From Dicyema japonicum (taxonomy: Eukaryota; Animalia; Dicyemida): 57,075 bases of DNA. The stretch lies in the NCBI GenBank assembly GCA_011109175.1, contig RDEW01000117.1:3181-60255 (forward strand), read 5' to 3'. Below are positions 24,851 through 37,520 of the stretch, one piece after another; position 1 is the first letter of the stretch; each line of letters opens with the position of its first letter. Position numbers and translations under genes: made by a program. Below the pieces are notes generated by a model. It did no database searches. It worked only from the letters and a program-made list of their open reading frames with translations, and had not been told where the DNA came from.

Positions 24851-25589
24851 AAACAAGAAATTATGTGATCCAGCGAATTTTAATAGGGCTCTCGCTTGGC
24901 CCGGTGGTCTTCCTCGATCCAACACAAGCACGCAGAAGGCGAGTAATTTTTTCTGGTATCCTTTTCTTCTTATTATGTCTTCCAAGGATGTAGGTGTAGA
25001 ATTTAAATCGCCTTTGATCCAGTTTTCTATTCACGGAAAAACGCTCTTTTTAGGGTTCAGGAATTCTCTGGGAATTCGTCCAAGAAATTGAGGGGGCCAT
25101 GATGCACATGCATATGATGTGCATGGCTCGACGTACTGGCTGTATAGTGATTTAAAACGAGATGACTTCCGATCTTACATAAACCAGAGATCCCCTTCAA
25201 GAAATTGATTTTCTTTTCACATTTGTTTAAAACATTTCCCCACGTGGCGCGAGAAAGTCATATGAGTGTTTCGAATGCTACTCCCAGGATCTTTCTGCCA
25301 TTTTAAAATAGCAACTTGCTCCCATCTGCTTCTATAATCCACTGTCCTGTCGGATATTCTCTTATCAGAGGCAAGGAGAGACGTAACTGATTTTTTCGGA
25401 CTGATCGGGCACACTGTTTTTATTAATCAGTAGATTAAGCAGTCTACAAGTAATTGTAATCTCTCCGATTTTGAATATTTGAATAATTTATAATATTTTG
25501 TTAAATATATTTCAAATATTAATTTAAATAAATTAAATTTAGTCAATAATCTGAATTAATTAAGATAATCTTTTTATGCAATTGCTTCT

Positions 25590-26190
25590 TATTAAGAAGA
25601 CCCTTTCAATCCTTGGAGTCATCCTGGATCGCCTACTCACATTTACCCATCAAGTGGACCTAGTAACCGCGAGGATCCAAAAGAAACTTGGAATTCTCAA
25701 GGCATTCACTCACTCCCCAATATCTTCCCACCCATCGTTAGAACTTCTATTACAAACAATTTGTTCTACCTATTATCGAGTACGTCTGTGCTGCATGGAT
25801 TGCCCCCTTATCAATATCGGCACAGAGCAAGCTGGTAGTTCTACAAAACCGATGTCTCATAATACTATTGAGATCGTCGAAAAAGTCGTCCACTTTGTTA
25901 CTACGGAGAACACTAAACGTCCTCCCAATCATGGAATTACTTACGGAACGTCACCGGGACTTTCTCAAGATGGCAAATTCCTTTGACCATCCTCTCTGAC
26001 CGCACATCAGATTATATGGACTGCCGTCCGAGATATGAGAAGAAACTTTTCTCGCTGTGGAGATTAATCCAGGACTCCAAAACTAACTGCAGGGAAAGGA
26101 CTGGTATGGACTCTGGGATCATTTAATTAGACGACAACTTTTATCTTCTTTCTCGTGATTTTGGGGTTAATAAAATAAAATAAATAAACT
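25590..26190 (+). mobile_element. Same LINE family, 3' remnant in + orientation (copies at ~30290-30700, 33410-33990, 37720-38140)
   Basis: ILGVILDRLLTFTHQVDLVTARIQKKLGILK, FVLPIIEYACTAW. The DNA recurs four times. Confidence 0.8.
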
Positions 26191-27064
26191 GCTATTGAGT
26201 CGGTTAAGTTAAAACTTTTTCGATTGAGGAAAAATGTCGGAAAGAAAGAGAAGGATCACTTATCAGATGGTAAGAAAATAATTTTGCTACAATGTAGCAA
26301 ACTTACCCAAAAATGAGCAACTTGAAAGTATTGGACATAATCTTCCTTCTACTTACGCTTTCCGAAAAAAAGTCTAGAAAATTTATTCCAGAAGCAGTTT
26401 GACAGAATTAAGCTATTTTTAGATTTTATTTGCATTTATTATAGATTTGAAAATTTTTTTGTTTTGATTGACGAAACTGATTTCCGGGGACAGAAATATG
26501 TCACTTATTGGTAGAATGTCTGATCCCAAGAAAATATTTTTAATATCTTGTCGTCCATTGTCCACTGCGGTTAACTCGTCGATTGTCTGTCAGATAATTG
26601 AGGATATTTTAAGGACGTGGATTTTTAATTTCATCGATAAAGGCCGCAACTGTTTAAAACAAGACACGAAGAAAAAAATTTGCTGGAAATCGGGTATCCA
26701 CCGGAGTTATTCTAACAAGATGAGGGAGTTGGATGGAAGTAGCCCTCTATTATTGCAAAAATTACAGAAGTAACCTATTTCACTATAGAATACGCTGTTG
26801 AAGACATTAAGAAATTGCATTTCGGGGACGATTTATGTGGAATCGGGAAGATCTAGAATCAAGATTATCTGTAAATCAAGAGCTTTCTATCAAAAAATGA
26901 AAAAAACTGAATTTCTCCATATGTATACAGCTATCTTAAAAATGTCCTTCCACTATCTAAAGACCGAAATTTTAAACCGAAAACGTTTTGAATTACATTT
27001 TTCTGTATTTAATAAAGATTTTGATTAGTTTTTTTTATACTAAATATTTTTTGTTTTAGATAAA

Positions 27065-27160
27065 TTTATCATAAAGTCAAAAAGGTTAGATTTTGAAAAC
27101 TTAAAGTCAATAAAGTCAATTTTTAGGTCAAATTTCCGATTTATAAAGTCAAAAAATCCC
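27065..27160. repeat. AAAGTCAA-motif minisatellite, expanded in the second unit (34430-34605)
   Basis: Multiple AAAGTCAA(T/A) units. Unit B has two extra ~40-nt blocks. Confidence 0.85.
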
Positions 27161-29143
27161 CCTATTGATCACTAACCTTACTGAACCTCATTGGATCGTA
27201 AGAAGGAAAGAGGATCAGCGAGAAAGGATCTGGGTCATAGAGCGCATTTCCTTACAAATCGTGAGGGAGAATATGCTCTCCCTATTAAAGAAGTAACCCA
27301 TTTCAGCAAAGAAAACGCACTGAAAATAATCAAAAATTGTATTTCTCTAACGATTTATTGGATCCAAAAATATCTGAAATTTAGATTTTCCGTGATGTCC
27401 TTTCTATTACAAAAATGGGTCAGAATCAATTCGCTAGCAGCAGAGACGAAGTAACCTCAAATCATCAGATGTTGATTAAGTTTTAGCAAAATTTGGTCCC
27501 CATGAGGCGCATGCATATTAGAAACATGACTCGATGTCCTTACACGTTCAGATAAACTTTATAGTACGTTCAGCTCGATTCTTATATTTATTCCATCAGT
27601 ATTTCAACGTTGGCTTGGTACTATGTGACTCTTGATTAAAGATTTCTGTTTCTTCTGTTCCTCCTCTCTTTTTTTCGGATGGAGTGGCGTCATGTGATCC
27701 GACTGTCTCAGGTAGCGTCCAGTGCCAGAGTAGCACGAAAAATATCATTTTCTCTAACCCAGTCCAATGTAGGTGTTTCCACAACTGGGAATAGACGTCT
27801 TCTACCTTTTCTGCTGGATCTAGGTGACTTGTGTGACTTTGACTGAATCCGGGATTAATAATAATTTTACTAGCAATTGTGCCTTATTTGTTTGAATAAA
27901 TTACATTTGTTGTTTCCATACTTTCTACAATTCAGAGTATTTATAGCACTTTCTTCACTCCAATGAACAGAGTTTATTGCAAACAGTGAATCAGAGTCTA
28001 ATTAAAACAAGGAGTTCACCGACGTTCTTGAATGTCCACTACATTTTAGAGTATAACCAAATTCCGTTCATGACGAGTTAATATTGTAGCCCTTCCGCCA
28101 AGAAGTAGTAATGTTACATTCTTAATTTTCAGTTTAGCCAAGAACCCCAGGTATCGAAAATGATTTTGACTTTGTTCTTTTCTATTTCTATTCGAACCCG
28201 GAACCACTTGGATTTGGTCCAGAACTTATTACAATATGCAATCCGGTATCTGTTACTCTATGGCCGGATTTGATAACCCGAGAGTTAGACCATTCAATTT
28301 CAAGCCAGTAGATTGACATCCTAGACAATCGGTATTTTTGTTGACCGCCTCACCCAACTAACCGGCCATCATGAAATAATCAAAATATTTATGACAAATT
28401 ACATTTCCTACAACTGAGCCATAATACTTGTACTTCCGCATGTGCAGCAAATAAGACAATTTTAGATGTAAGCCTCATTTTGTATTTTCTGCATTCTAGA
28501 CATTTTTATCGATTGTTAGCCAAACAAGTCACCTCCTACCAAAAAAATTAAAACTCAAATTTAGTGGGACTTTATATAAATCAATAACCATTAGCTAATC
28601 ATATTGACACAATCGTCACAAAGTATCTAATCTCTATCGTCATGTCAAGATGGAATTAAACAAAACTGTTGACTATCTTCTCTGCCAATATTTGAAGGGA
28701 TATCCCATAGTTGATATAATAATCAACAGTACTTTTCTCACAATTTGGAGAGATGACGATTTAAAACATATATACCAGGATGGCAAAAGGGCCTGATAGC
28801 TACAGGTTCTAATATCTCTGCTGTATATTCCTGCTGATGGTTCTACGTATCTAAGATGCTTAACGAAGAAGTCATCAGACTTCACTGAGGAATGAGATCG
28901 TCTATAAAGACTCAACAGAAAAAAAGAAAAAAAGGTTTAGAGCATTTTTTGTTTTCCCTAGTGCGATAATAGTTATAACTGCTCTTCGATTAAATAAAGT
29001 GTGTCCTTCCTGGGAGGAGCTATAGGTAATATGGCTATAAAGTGAGGTTTTGTTTAAATGCTTACACAATATTAATCAAATACAACCAAATTAAAACAAA
29101 TATAATAAATAAAATCAAAGCTTTATTCATAAATCCTACAAAA

Positions 29144-30086
29144 TCATCGTCTACTTCTTTTACTGGCCGAATCCGAACCCCCGTAAGACCGTTTACTTGT
29201 GTCAGCAAATTCGGCCTTAAGTTTGATGATGTCAATCTCATCCAATAAACAGGGACCCATCGGTCGATAACCAAAGACCATTGGAGAAGCCAAACTTACG
29301 GTTGGGTTAACACCACATTTCTGAGGAAAACAAACACCATTTTTTAACAAATAATCACTGCCTTTCTTAACATTCTCCTTCACTATTTGTGGGGGCTTAT
29401 ATGCCTCCACACTCTTCCGTAGAAACGTGTTAGGGATACAAGTGGTCTTAACCACTTTCACTCCACATAGCTTACACTTTCCTTCCCCCTCACACATTGA
29501 ATTTACACCTAACAGATTACACACATAACATACAGGTACCACACACTGACTCGGAACAGCAGGAAAGAATGAAGGCATTCACACTCAATCCCTGGCACAC
29601 GGACAGAACAAATCCTCTTCAAACTTTTTATGGTTTGAATTCTCGTTCTCCTTGGTTAATAAATCCATAGAATATACAATTTTCACGTGTTTCTTAGGTG
29701 GGTCATCTTTTTTAGTTTCTACAGAGAGAGGAACCTTGCTTTTAGCTTGAATGGAGTAATGACGAGTGAATGTGGAGGGTCTACTGATATTATATGCGGG
29801 AAACCTGTCGTTGTTCACATAAATGGGGATTCGGGAGATTAAAAGTCTTGTATTCTTTGGAATCAAGAAGTTCTTATCATCGTATACTAGAAATGGTCAA
29901 ATATTAGGTATTACTTAGTCCTGAGTCCTCGTTCGTCACAAGAATGTCAAATCCCCCAGAACGCGATTGAGTCGTATTTTTTTCTATTACAGAGTTTTTG
30001 AAGTCTTTAAGAGGTATGCAATCCCCAACAAATCGTATTGTCTGGTATTCAGTAACACTTTTTAGTCTGTAATGAACAGCTGACAT
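29144..30086 (-). CDS. RBBP6: RBBP6/Mpe1-like protein (DWNN + RING), copy A; 1-nt deletion in the RING
   Basis: MSAVHYRLKS..FDILVTNEDSGL|IYDDKNFLIPKNTRLLISRIPI and RING C..C...CCSESVCGTC|...CKLC...IPNTFLRKSV. Introns of 28 and 25 nt. GG at 29601-2 versus GGGG in copy B. Confidence 0.9.
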
Positions 30087-30709
30087 TCAATATGACCAAC
30101 AAGAAACACAAAAAGTGACGGGTAATTGATTTATTTTAAATTAATAATTTTATTATATTTAGTAAATTTATTCAATTATAAATTTAATGATTAAAAATGC
30201 ATTGGGGTACTTATTTCGAATGTGACTACCACTTTCCTGCTACAAAATCAACATTTTGGAATTCTCAAGACATTTACATACTCCCCAATATCTTCCCCAT
30301 CGTTAGACAATTTGTTCTACCTATTATCGAGTACGCCTGTACTGCATGGATTGCCCCCTTATCAACATCGGCACAGAACAAGCTGGTAGTTCTATAACAC
30401 CGATGTCTCATAATACTATTGAGATCGTCGAAAAAGTCGTTCACTTCGTTACTACGGAGAACACTACACGTCTCCCAATCATGGAATTACTTACGGAACG
30501 TCAGCGGAACTTCCTCAAGATGGTAAAGTCCCCTGACCATCCCCTCGGGCCGGACATCAAACTTTATATGGACGCCTGCCCGAGATATGAGAAGAAACTT
30601 TCCCCGTTGTGGAGATTAATCCAGGACTCCAAATCTATCCGCATGAAAAGGACTGGTTTTTACACTGGGATCACTTTATTAGACGCTAACTTTTATCAAG
30701 ATAAACTGG

Positions 30710-31100
30710 CCTATGAAGATCTCTAATGCAAACCTTTATAGTACATGCAAATTCGGTATGCTGTCAGTTGATATTTTCAAATCAAGATGGAGCCTCTTTG
30801 GCCACGTGTTACGTTTAAATGGCCAGGTCCTCGCAAATGTCGCAATGACAACTACTTCGCACACAGGAGCCGTATTCCGCGGAAAGTCAAAAACGACACT
30901 TCCGACTATTTTGAATGAAGACCCATCGGCCGTTGGTATGAGACTAACTTCGGCGGACGATCTTGACTACCTAAGAGAACAAGCGCGCAACAGAGGATCA
31001 TGGTCGAGGTTGACGGAGAGGATGATTAGAATACGGCACAAGGGAAACTTACCTAATTTTATGTTTTCTCGGGATACACTCTACAAGCAGTACATTTAGC
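30710..31100 (+). mobile_element. RTE-clade LINE 3' remnant (duplicate at 38145-38540)
   Basis: KSRWSLFGHVLRLNG...FRGKSKTTLPTIL...LREQARNRGSW; same family as 8880-9250. Confidence 0.85.
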
Positions 31101-32739
31101 CTAAAATTTGTTATTTATGTGCTCTTGGGGGACAAACATCGCCGCTACGAATTTAACTTAGATCCATAAAATTCAGTCAAAGACAGCGAAAGTACAGAAG
31201 TTTTCTTGCAAGGAAATCCTGCACAGATCTTTAAGAATATGGATAATGCAACTGGGCCATTTTTCTGGCGAAAGATTCATATGCACGAACCCCGTCCTTA
31301 TCGCAGATGTGCCGGAACACAGTCTTAGCACCAGGAAAAGATGCGAAGACTGCTAAGGGAAGCCGGGATCACCTGAATTTTCTTATTCTGGCTATGACGG
31401 TGGTTTTTTGTTAATAAATTGAATTTAAATAAAAAATACGATATATTGATTTGTTGCAGGATAGTGGTTGTTTTAAAATTGGATTTATATTTCGGCTACG
31501 TCTACAATCATGGAGAGAAAACGACAGTCTTAGACCGAAGACTCCATTCGTCTCGATAACAGTTGCTAAACATGGAATCTTCTGGAGTGGATTCGTATTT
31601 TTATCTTAAAATTCCCGAAAGTCCGAGCAGCCTCCCTAGCTTTCAATGCGAAACCAGCAAGTATCGACTAAGAATAGGCATCGGATCAAGAGAGGGCTTC
31701 ACAACCCCGTTGATGGCTGCATGCCTCGGTAACCGGCCTCTGCTGAGACGGCAAGAGAGTGGGATAAGTTTCAACAACTTCTCGAAAACCGTTTCGGCTT
31801 TCTGGTAAGGATTCCAAAAGAGAAGGTTTGTTTTCAAATTTACAATATAGTTCTTGTAGGTAAGAATCTCCTCTTCTTCAGAAGACCTCGCCATTTTTAG
31901 GAAGTTGTGCTGTCTGTCCCGAGATGTTCCATCACTTTTGTGACATTCAGTCATTGAGCGTATTCCTCAATGATAAGGTGACTGTGCTTCTGTTACGTTT
32001 AAGTAGGATTCGCAGGCACGTGTTCTGTATGACTTGTAGTTTGTGTGGACTTTGAAAAGATGTAATCCTAGCCGCACGTGCATGTTCGATTGTTGGTAGG
32101 ACATATTTTTTGTATAATAATTCAAGTGCGTTCTATTCCCGGGCAAAAGGACTGATGTCCCCTAATTCGAATCTCGCTGCTGTACATTCTGGCTGAAGGT
32201 TCCACGCATCTTGATGAGTGACATCGTCATCAGTGAACATCTCACTGCAGAACCGGATCGTCTACAAAAAGACTCACACCCAACAAAAGAGCATTCCTTG
32301 GTTTTTCCTCATCGATTAGTTATGATAACTGTTCTCAACGAAGTACTCTCATCGTTGTATTACCTGGGATATCCACTTCCAATCTCAGTATATTTCCTAA
32401 GAACTTCCATCTCAAATCGGTGATCTCGAGACTCAAAGAATCAGTGTAGCAAACATTATACATAGCTCTCTTGCTTATTTTCCATGGCAAATTCAAACCG
32501 AGCATTATCCTCAGCAGCTTCGACCAAATTAGTCTATCCTCTGTTCCTCAGCCTTGGAAATCGCCCACGTTTATGAATTATATAATAGGATTTGTTTAAC
32601 AGGGGCATTTTACAGCCATAGCCGGAATGATGTACTTGATCGTCTTCTGTCAATCCAGTTATTTTTAACATTGTTCGGAGCAGCTAAGGCGAGAGTAGTT
32701 TTCGAACAACGTCCTGAAATTAAAATTTATTTCCAACTG

Positions 32740-33140
32740 GATAATGGAAAACCGGCTCGTGGGAATGCAGAGAAGTCGTCTACGTCACTATTTACCTCGG
32801 ACAAAAGATTGGGAAGGAAGACAGTCACCTTGAAGTTAAACAAGGTCGGCATCCCTTTCCACAGATGTCAAAGGATATTAGGTGTGACAATTTATATGCA
32901 TCTCTGTTCAACACCTCACGTAGAAAACATTCTATTGAAATGGGAGAAGAAACTGAACGTATTGAAAAGTTTATCGGAAACATGGAAGAGTGGTACTCAC
33001 CCAGTCTTGATGAACGTATACAAACAATACATCGAGCCATGTTTCTCATATGCATGCGCCTCGTGGGGTCCGTACATATCTTGGACAAATATGAGGAAAA
33101 TTGAGGAAATGCAAAAGAGGGCTTACAGAGTAACGGAGCG
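32740..33140 (+). mobile_element. LINE RT C-terminal remnant unique to unit B
   Basis: RILGVTI...KLNVLKSL...VYKQYIEPCFSYACASW...KIEEMQKRAYR. Confidence 0.75.
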
Positions 33141-36100
33141 TTGGATTTGTGAAGATCGTCGACCCGGACCTACGCCTAGGGAGGCTCTTATAAGACTAGA
33201 CTCCAGATCACGGGAAGTTGGCCCCGAAATTCAGGCTGCCGTCCTGTACGTTCATGCGCGGACACGAAGGAAGAACGACGGGCAAAGATGAGGTCTCTGT
33301 TAGAATGCATTGGGATCACGTGATAATTAGTTTTGTTTTACAGTGGTCTTAGGTTAAATAAATAAAAAAAATAAAAAAATTAAGATATAATAAGATAATT
33401 TTTTATGCTATTGCTTCCCATTAAGAAGACCCTTTCTATCCTTGGAGTCATCCTGGATCCCCTATTCACATTCACTCATCAAGTGGACCTAGTAACTGCA
33501 AAGATCCAAAAGAAAATTGGAATCACGAGGCTTTCACTCACTCCCCAATATCTTCCCGCCCATCTTTAGAACTTCTATACAAACAATTTGTTCTACCTAT
33601 TATCGAGTATGCCTTTACTGCATGGATTGCCCCCTTATCAATATCGGCACAGAGCAAGCTGGTAGTTCTACAAAACCGATGTCTCATAATACTATTGAGA
33701 TCGTCGAAAAAGTCGTCCACTTCGTTACTACGGAAAACACTAAACGTCCTTCCAATCATGGAATATCTTACAGAACGCCATCGAGACTTCCTTAAGATGG
33801 CAAAGTCTTCTGACCATTTTTTCGGACCGCACATCAGATTATATGGACGCCCGCCCGAGATATGAGAAGAAACCTTCCTCGCTGTGGAGATTAATCCAGG
33901 ACTCCAAAACTAACCGCAGGGAAAGGACTAGTATGGACACCGGGATCACTTAATTAGACGTTAACTTTTATCCTTTTTCTCGTGATTTCGGGTTTATAAA
34001 ATAAAATGCTATTGAGTCGGTTACGTTAAAGCTCTTTCGATTGAGGAAAAATGTCGGAAAGAAAGAGAAGGATCACTTATCAGATGGTAAGAATATAATT
34101 CTTGCCACAATGTGGCAAAGTTACCGAAAGAATGAGCAACTTGAGAGTATTAAACATAATCTTTTTTCTACTTGAGCTTTCCGAAAAAAAGTGTAGAAAA
34201 TTTATTCCAGAAGCAGCTTGACAGAATTAAGCTATTTTTTAGGTTTTATTTTCATTTATTATACATCTGAAAAAATTTTTGTTTTGATTGACGAAACTGA
34301 CATCCGGGGACAGAAATATGTCACTTATTGGTAGAATTTCTGATCTCAAGAAAATATTTTTAATATCTTGTCGTCCATTGTCTATTTTGATTAGTTTTTT
34401 TATACTAACTATTTTTTGTTTTAGATAAATTTATCATAAAGTCAAAAAAAGGTTAGAATTTTGAAAATTTAAAACCAATAAAGTCAATTTTTATAAAGTC
34501 AAAAGTGAATTTAAAGTCAATAAGTCAATTTTTATAAAGTCAAAAGTGAAGTTAAAGTCAATAAAGTCAATTTTTAGGTCAAATTTCCGATTTATAAAGT
34601 CAAAAAATCCCCATATTGATCACTAACCTTACTAAACCTCATTGGATCGTAAAAAGGAAAGAGGATCAGCAAGAAAGAATCTGGGTCATAGAGCACATTT
34701 CCTTACGAATTGTGAGGGAGAATATGCTCTCCCTATCAAAGAAGTAACCCATTTCAGCAAAGAAAACGCACTGAAAATAATCAAAAATTGTATTTCTCTA
34801 ACGATTTATTGGAATCCAAAAATATCTTAAATTTAGATTTTCCGTAATGTCCTTTCTATTACAAAAATGGGTCAGAAAGCAATTCGCTAGCAGCAGAGAC
34901 GAAGTAACCTCAAATCATCAAGATGTTGATTAAGTTTTAGTAAAATTTGGTCCCCATGAGGCGCATGCATATTAGAAGCATGACTCGATGTCCTTACACT
35001 TCCAGATAAACTTTATAGTAAGTTCAGCTCAATTCTTATATTTATTCCATCAGTATTTTAACGTTGGCCTGCTACTATGTGACTCTTGATTAAAGATTTC
35101 TGTTTCTTCTGTTCCTCCTCTCCTTTTTCGGATGGAGTGGCGTCATGTGATCCGACTGTCTCAGGCACCGCCCAGTGCCAGAGTAGCACTAAAAAGATCA
35201 TTTTCTCTCCCCCAGTCCAATGTAGGTGTTTCCACAACTGGGAATAGACGTCTTCTACCTTTTCTGCTGGATCTAGGTGACTTGTGTGACTTTGACTGAA
35301 TCCGGGTTAATAATAATTTCATTAGCAATTGGAGCCTTATTTGTTTGAATAAATTACATCTGTTGTTTCCATACTTTCTACAATTCAGAGTATTTATAGC
35401 ACTTTCTTCACTCCAATGAACAGAGTTTATTGCAAACAGTGAATCAGAGTCTAATAAAACAAGGAGTTCACCGACGTTCTTGAATATCCACTACATTTTA
35501 GAGTATAACCAAATTCCGTTCATGACGAATTAATATTGTAGCCCTTCCGCCAAGAAGTAGTAATGTTACATTCTTAAACCTCAGTTTAGCCAAGAACCCC
35601 AGGTATTGAAAATGATTTTGACTTTGTTCTTTTCTATTTCTATTCGAACCCGGAACCACTTGGATTTGGTCCAGAACTTATTACAATATGCAATCCGGTA
35701 TCTGTTAGTCTATGGTTGGATTTGATAATCCGAGTGTTAGACCATTCAATTTCAAGCCAGTGGATTGGCATCCTAGACAATCGGTATTTTTGTTGCCTCA
35801 CCCAACTAACCGGCCATCATGAAATAATCAAAATATTTATGACAAATTACATTTCCTACAACTGAGCCATAATACTTGTACTTCCGCATGTGCAGCAAAT
35901 AAGACAATTTTAGATGTAAGCCTCATTTTGTATTTTCTGCATTCTAGACATTTTTATCGATTGTTAGCCAAACAAGTCACTTCCTACCAAAAAAATTAAA
36001 ACTCAAATTTAGTGGGGCTTTATATAAATCAATAACCATTAGCTAATCATATTGAAACAATCGTCACAAAGTATCTAATCTCTATCGTCATGTCAAGATT

Positions 36101-36576
36101 GAATTAAACAAAACTGTTGACTATCTTCTCTGACAATATTTGAAGGGATATCACCTAGTTAATATAATAATCAACAGTATCTTTTCTCACAATTTGGAGA
36201 GATGACGATTTAAAACATACATACCAGGATGGCAAAAGGGCCTGATAGCTACTGGTTCTAATATCTCTGCTGTATATTCCTGCTGATGGTTCTACGTATC
36301 TAAGATGACTTAACTGAGAAATCAGATCGTCTATAAAGGACTCAACAGAACAAAAGAAAAAAAGGTTTAAAGCATTTTTTGTTTTGCCCTAGTGCGATTA
36401 GTTATCATAACTGTTCTTCGATTAAATAAAGTGTGTCCTTCCTGGGAGGAGCTATAGGTAATATGGCTAGAAAAGTGAAATTTTGTTTAAATGCTTACAC
36501 AATATTAATCAAATACAACCAAATTAGAACAAATATAATAAATAAAATCAAAGTTTTATTCATAAATCCTACAAAA

Positions 36577-37520
36577 TCATCGTCTACTTCTTTTACTGGC
36601 CGAATCCGAACCCCCGTAAGACCGTTTACTTGTGTCAGCAAATTCGGCCTTAAGTTTGATGATGTCAATCTCATCCAATAAACAGGGACCCATCGGTCGA
36701 TAACCAAAGACCATTGGAGAAGCCAAACTTACGGTTGGGTTAACACCACATTTCTGAGGAAAACAAACACCATTTTTTAACAAATAATCACTGCCTTTCT
36801 TAACATTCTCCTTCACTATTTGTGGGGGCTTATATGCCTCCACACTCTTCCGTAGAAACGTGTTAGGGATACAAGTGGTCTTAACCACTTTCACTCCACA
36901 TAGCTTACACTTTCCTTCCCCCTCACACATTGAATTTACACCTAACAGATTACACACATAACATACAGGTACCACACACTGACTCGGAACAGCAGGAAAG
37001 AATGAAGGCATTCACACTCAATCCTTGGCACACGGGGCAAAACAAATCCTCTTCAAACTTCTTATGGTTTGAATTCTCGTTCTCCTTGGTTGATAAATCC
37101 ATAGAATATACAATTTTCACGTGTTTCTTAGGTGGGTCATCTTTTTTAGTTTCTACAGAGAGAGGAACCTTGCTTTTAGCTTGAATGGAGTAATGGCGAG
37201 TGAATGTGGAGGGTCTACTGATATTATATGCGGGAAACCTGTCGTTGTTCACATAAATGGGGATTCGGGAGATTAAAAGCCTTGTATTCTTTGGAATCAA
37301 AAAGTTCTTATCATCGTATACTAGAAATGGTCAAATATTAAGTATTACTTAGTCCTGAGTCCTCGTTCGTCACAAGAATATCAAATCCTCCAGAACGCGA
37401 TTGAGTCGTATTCTTTTCTATTACAGAGTTTTTGAAGTCTTTAAGAGGTATGCAATCCCCAACAAATCGTATTGTCTGGTATTCAGTAACACTTTTTAGT
37501 CTGTAATGAACAGCTGACAT
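36577..37520 (-). CDS. RBBP6: RBBP6/Mpe1-like protein (DWNN + RING), copy B, intact frame
   Basis: Same exon structure as copy A with an uninterrupted LFCPVCQGLSVNAFILSCCSESVCGTC RING. Confidence 0.93.

Noticed and set aside
27960-29040. Possible spliced gene downstream of RBBP6 (duplicated at ~35400-36470)
   Set aside because: Short open frames only, no motif recognised, and the two copies differ by frame-breaking indels.
32554-33291. Longest ORF in the track (245 aa) as a novel gene
   Set aside because: It is a chimera: the antisense of one LINE remnant fused at ~32735 to the sense RT C-terminus of another.
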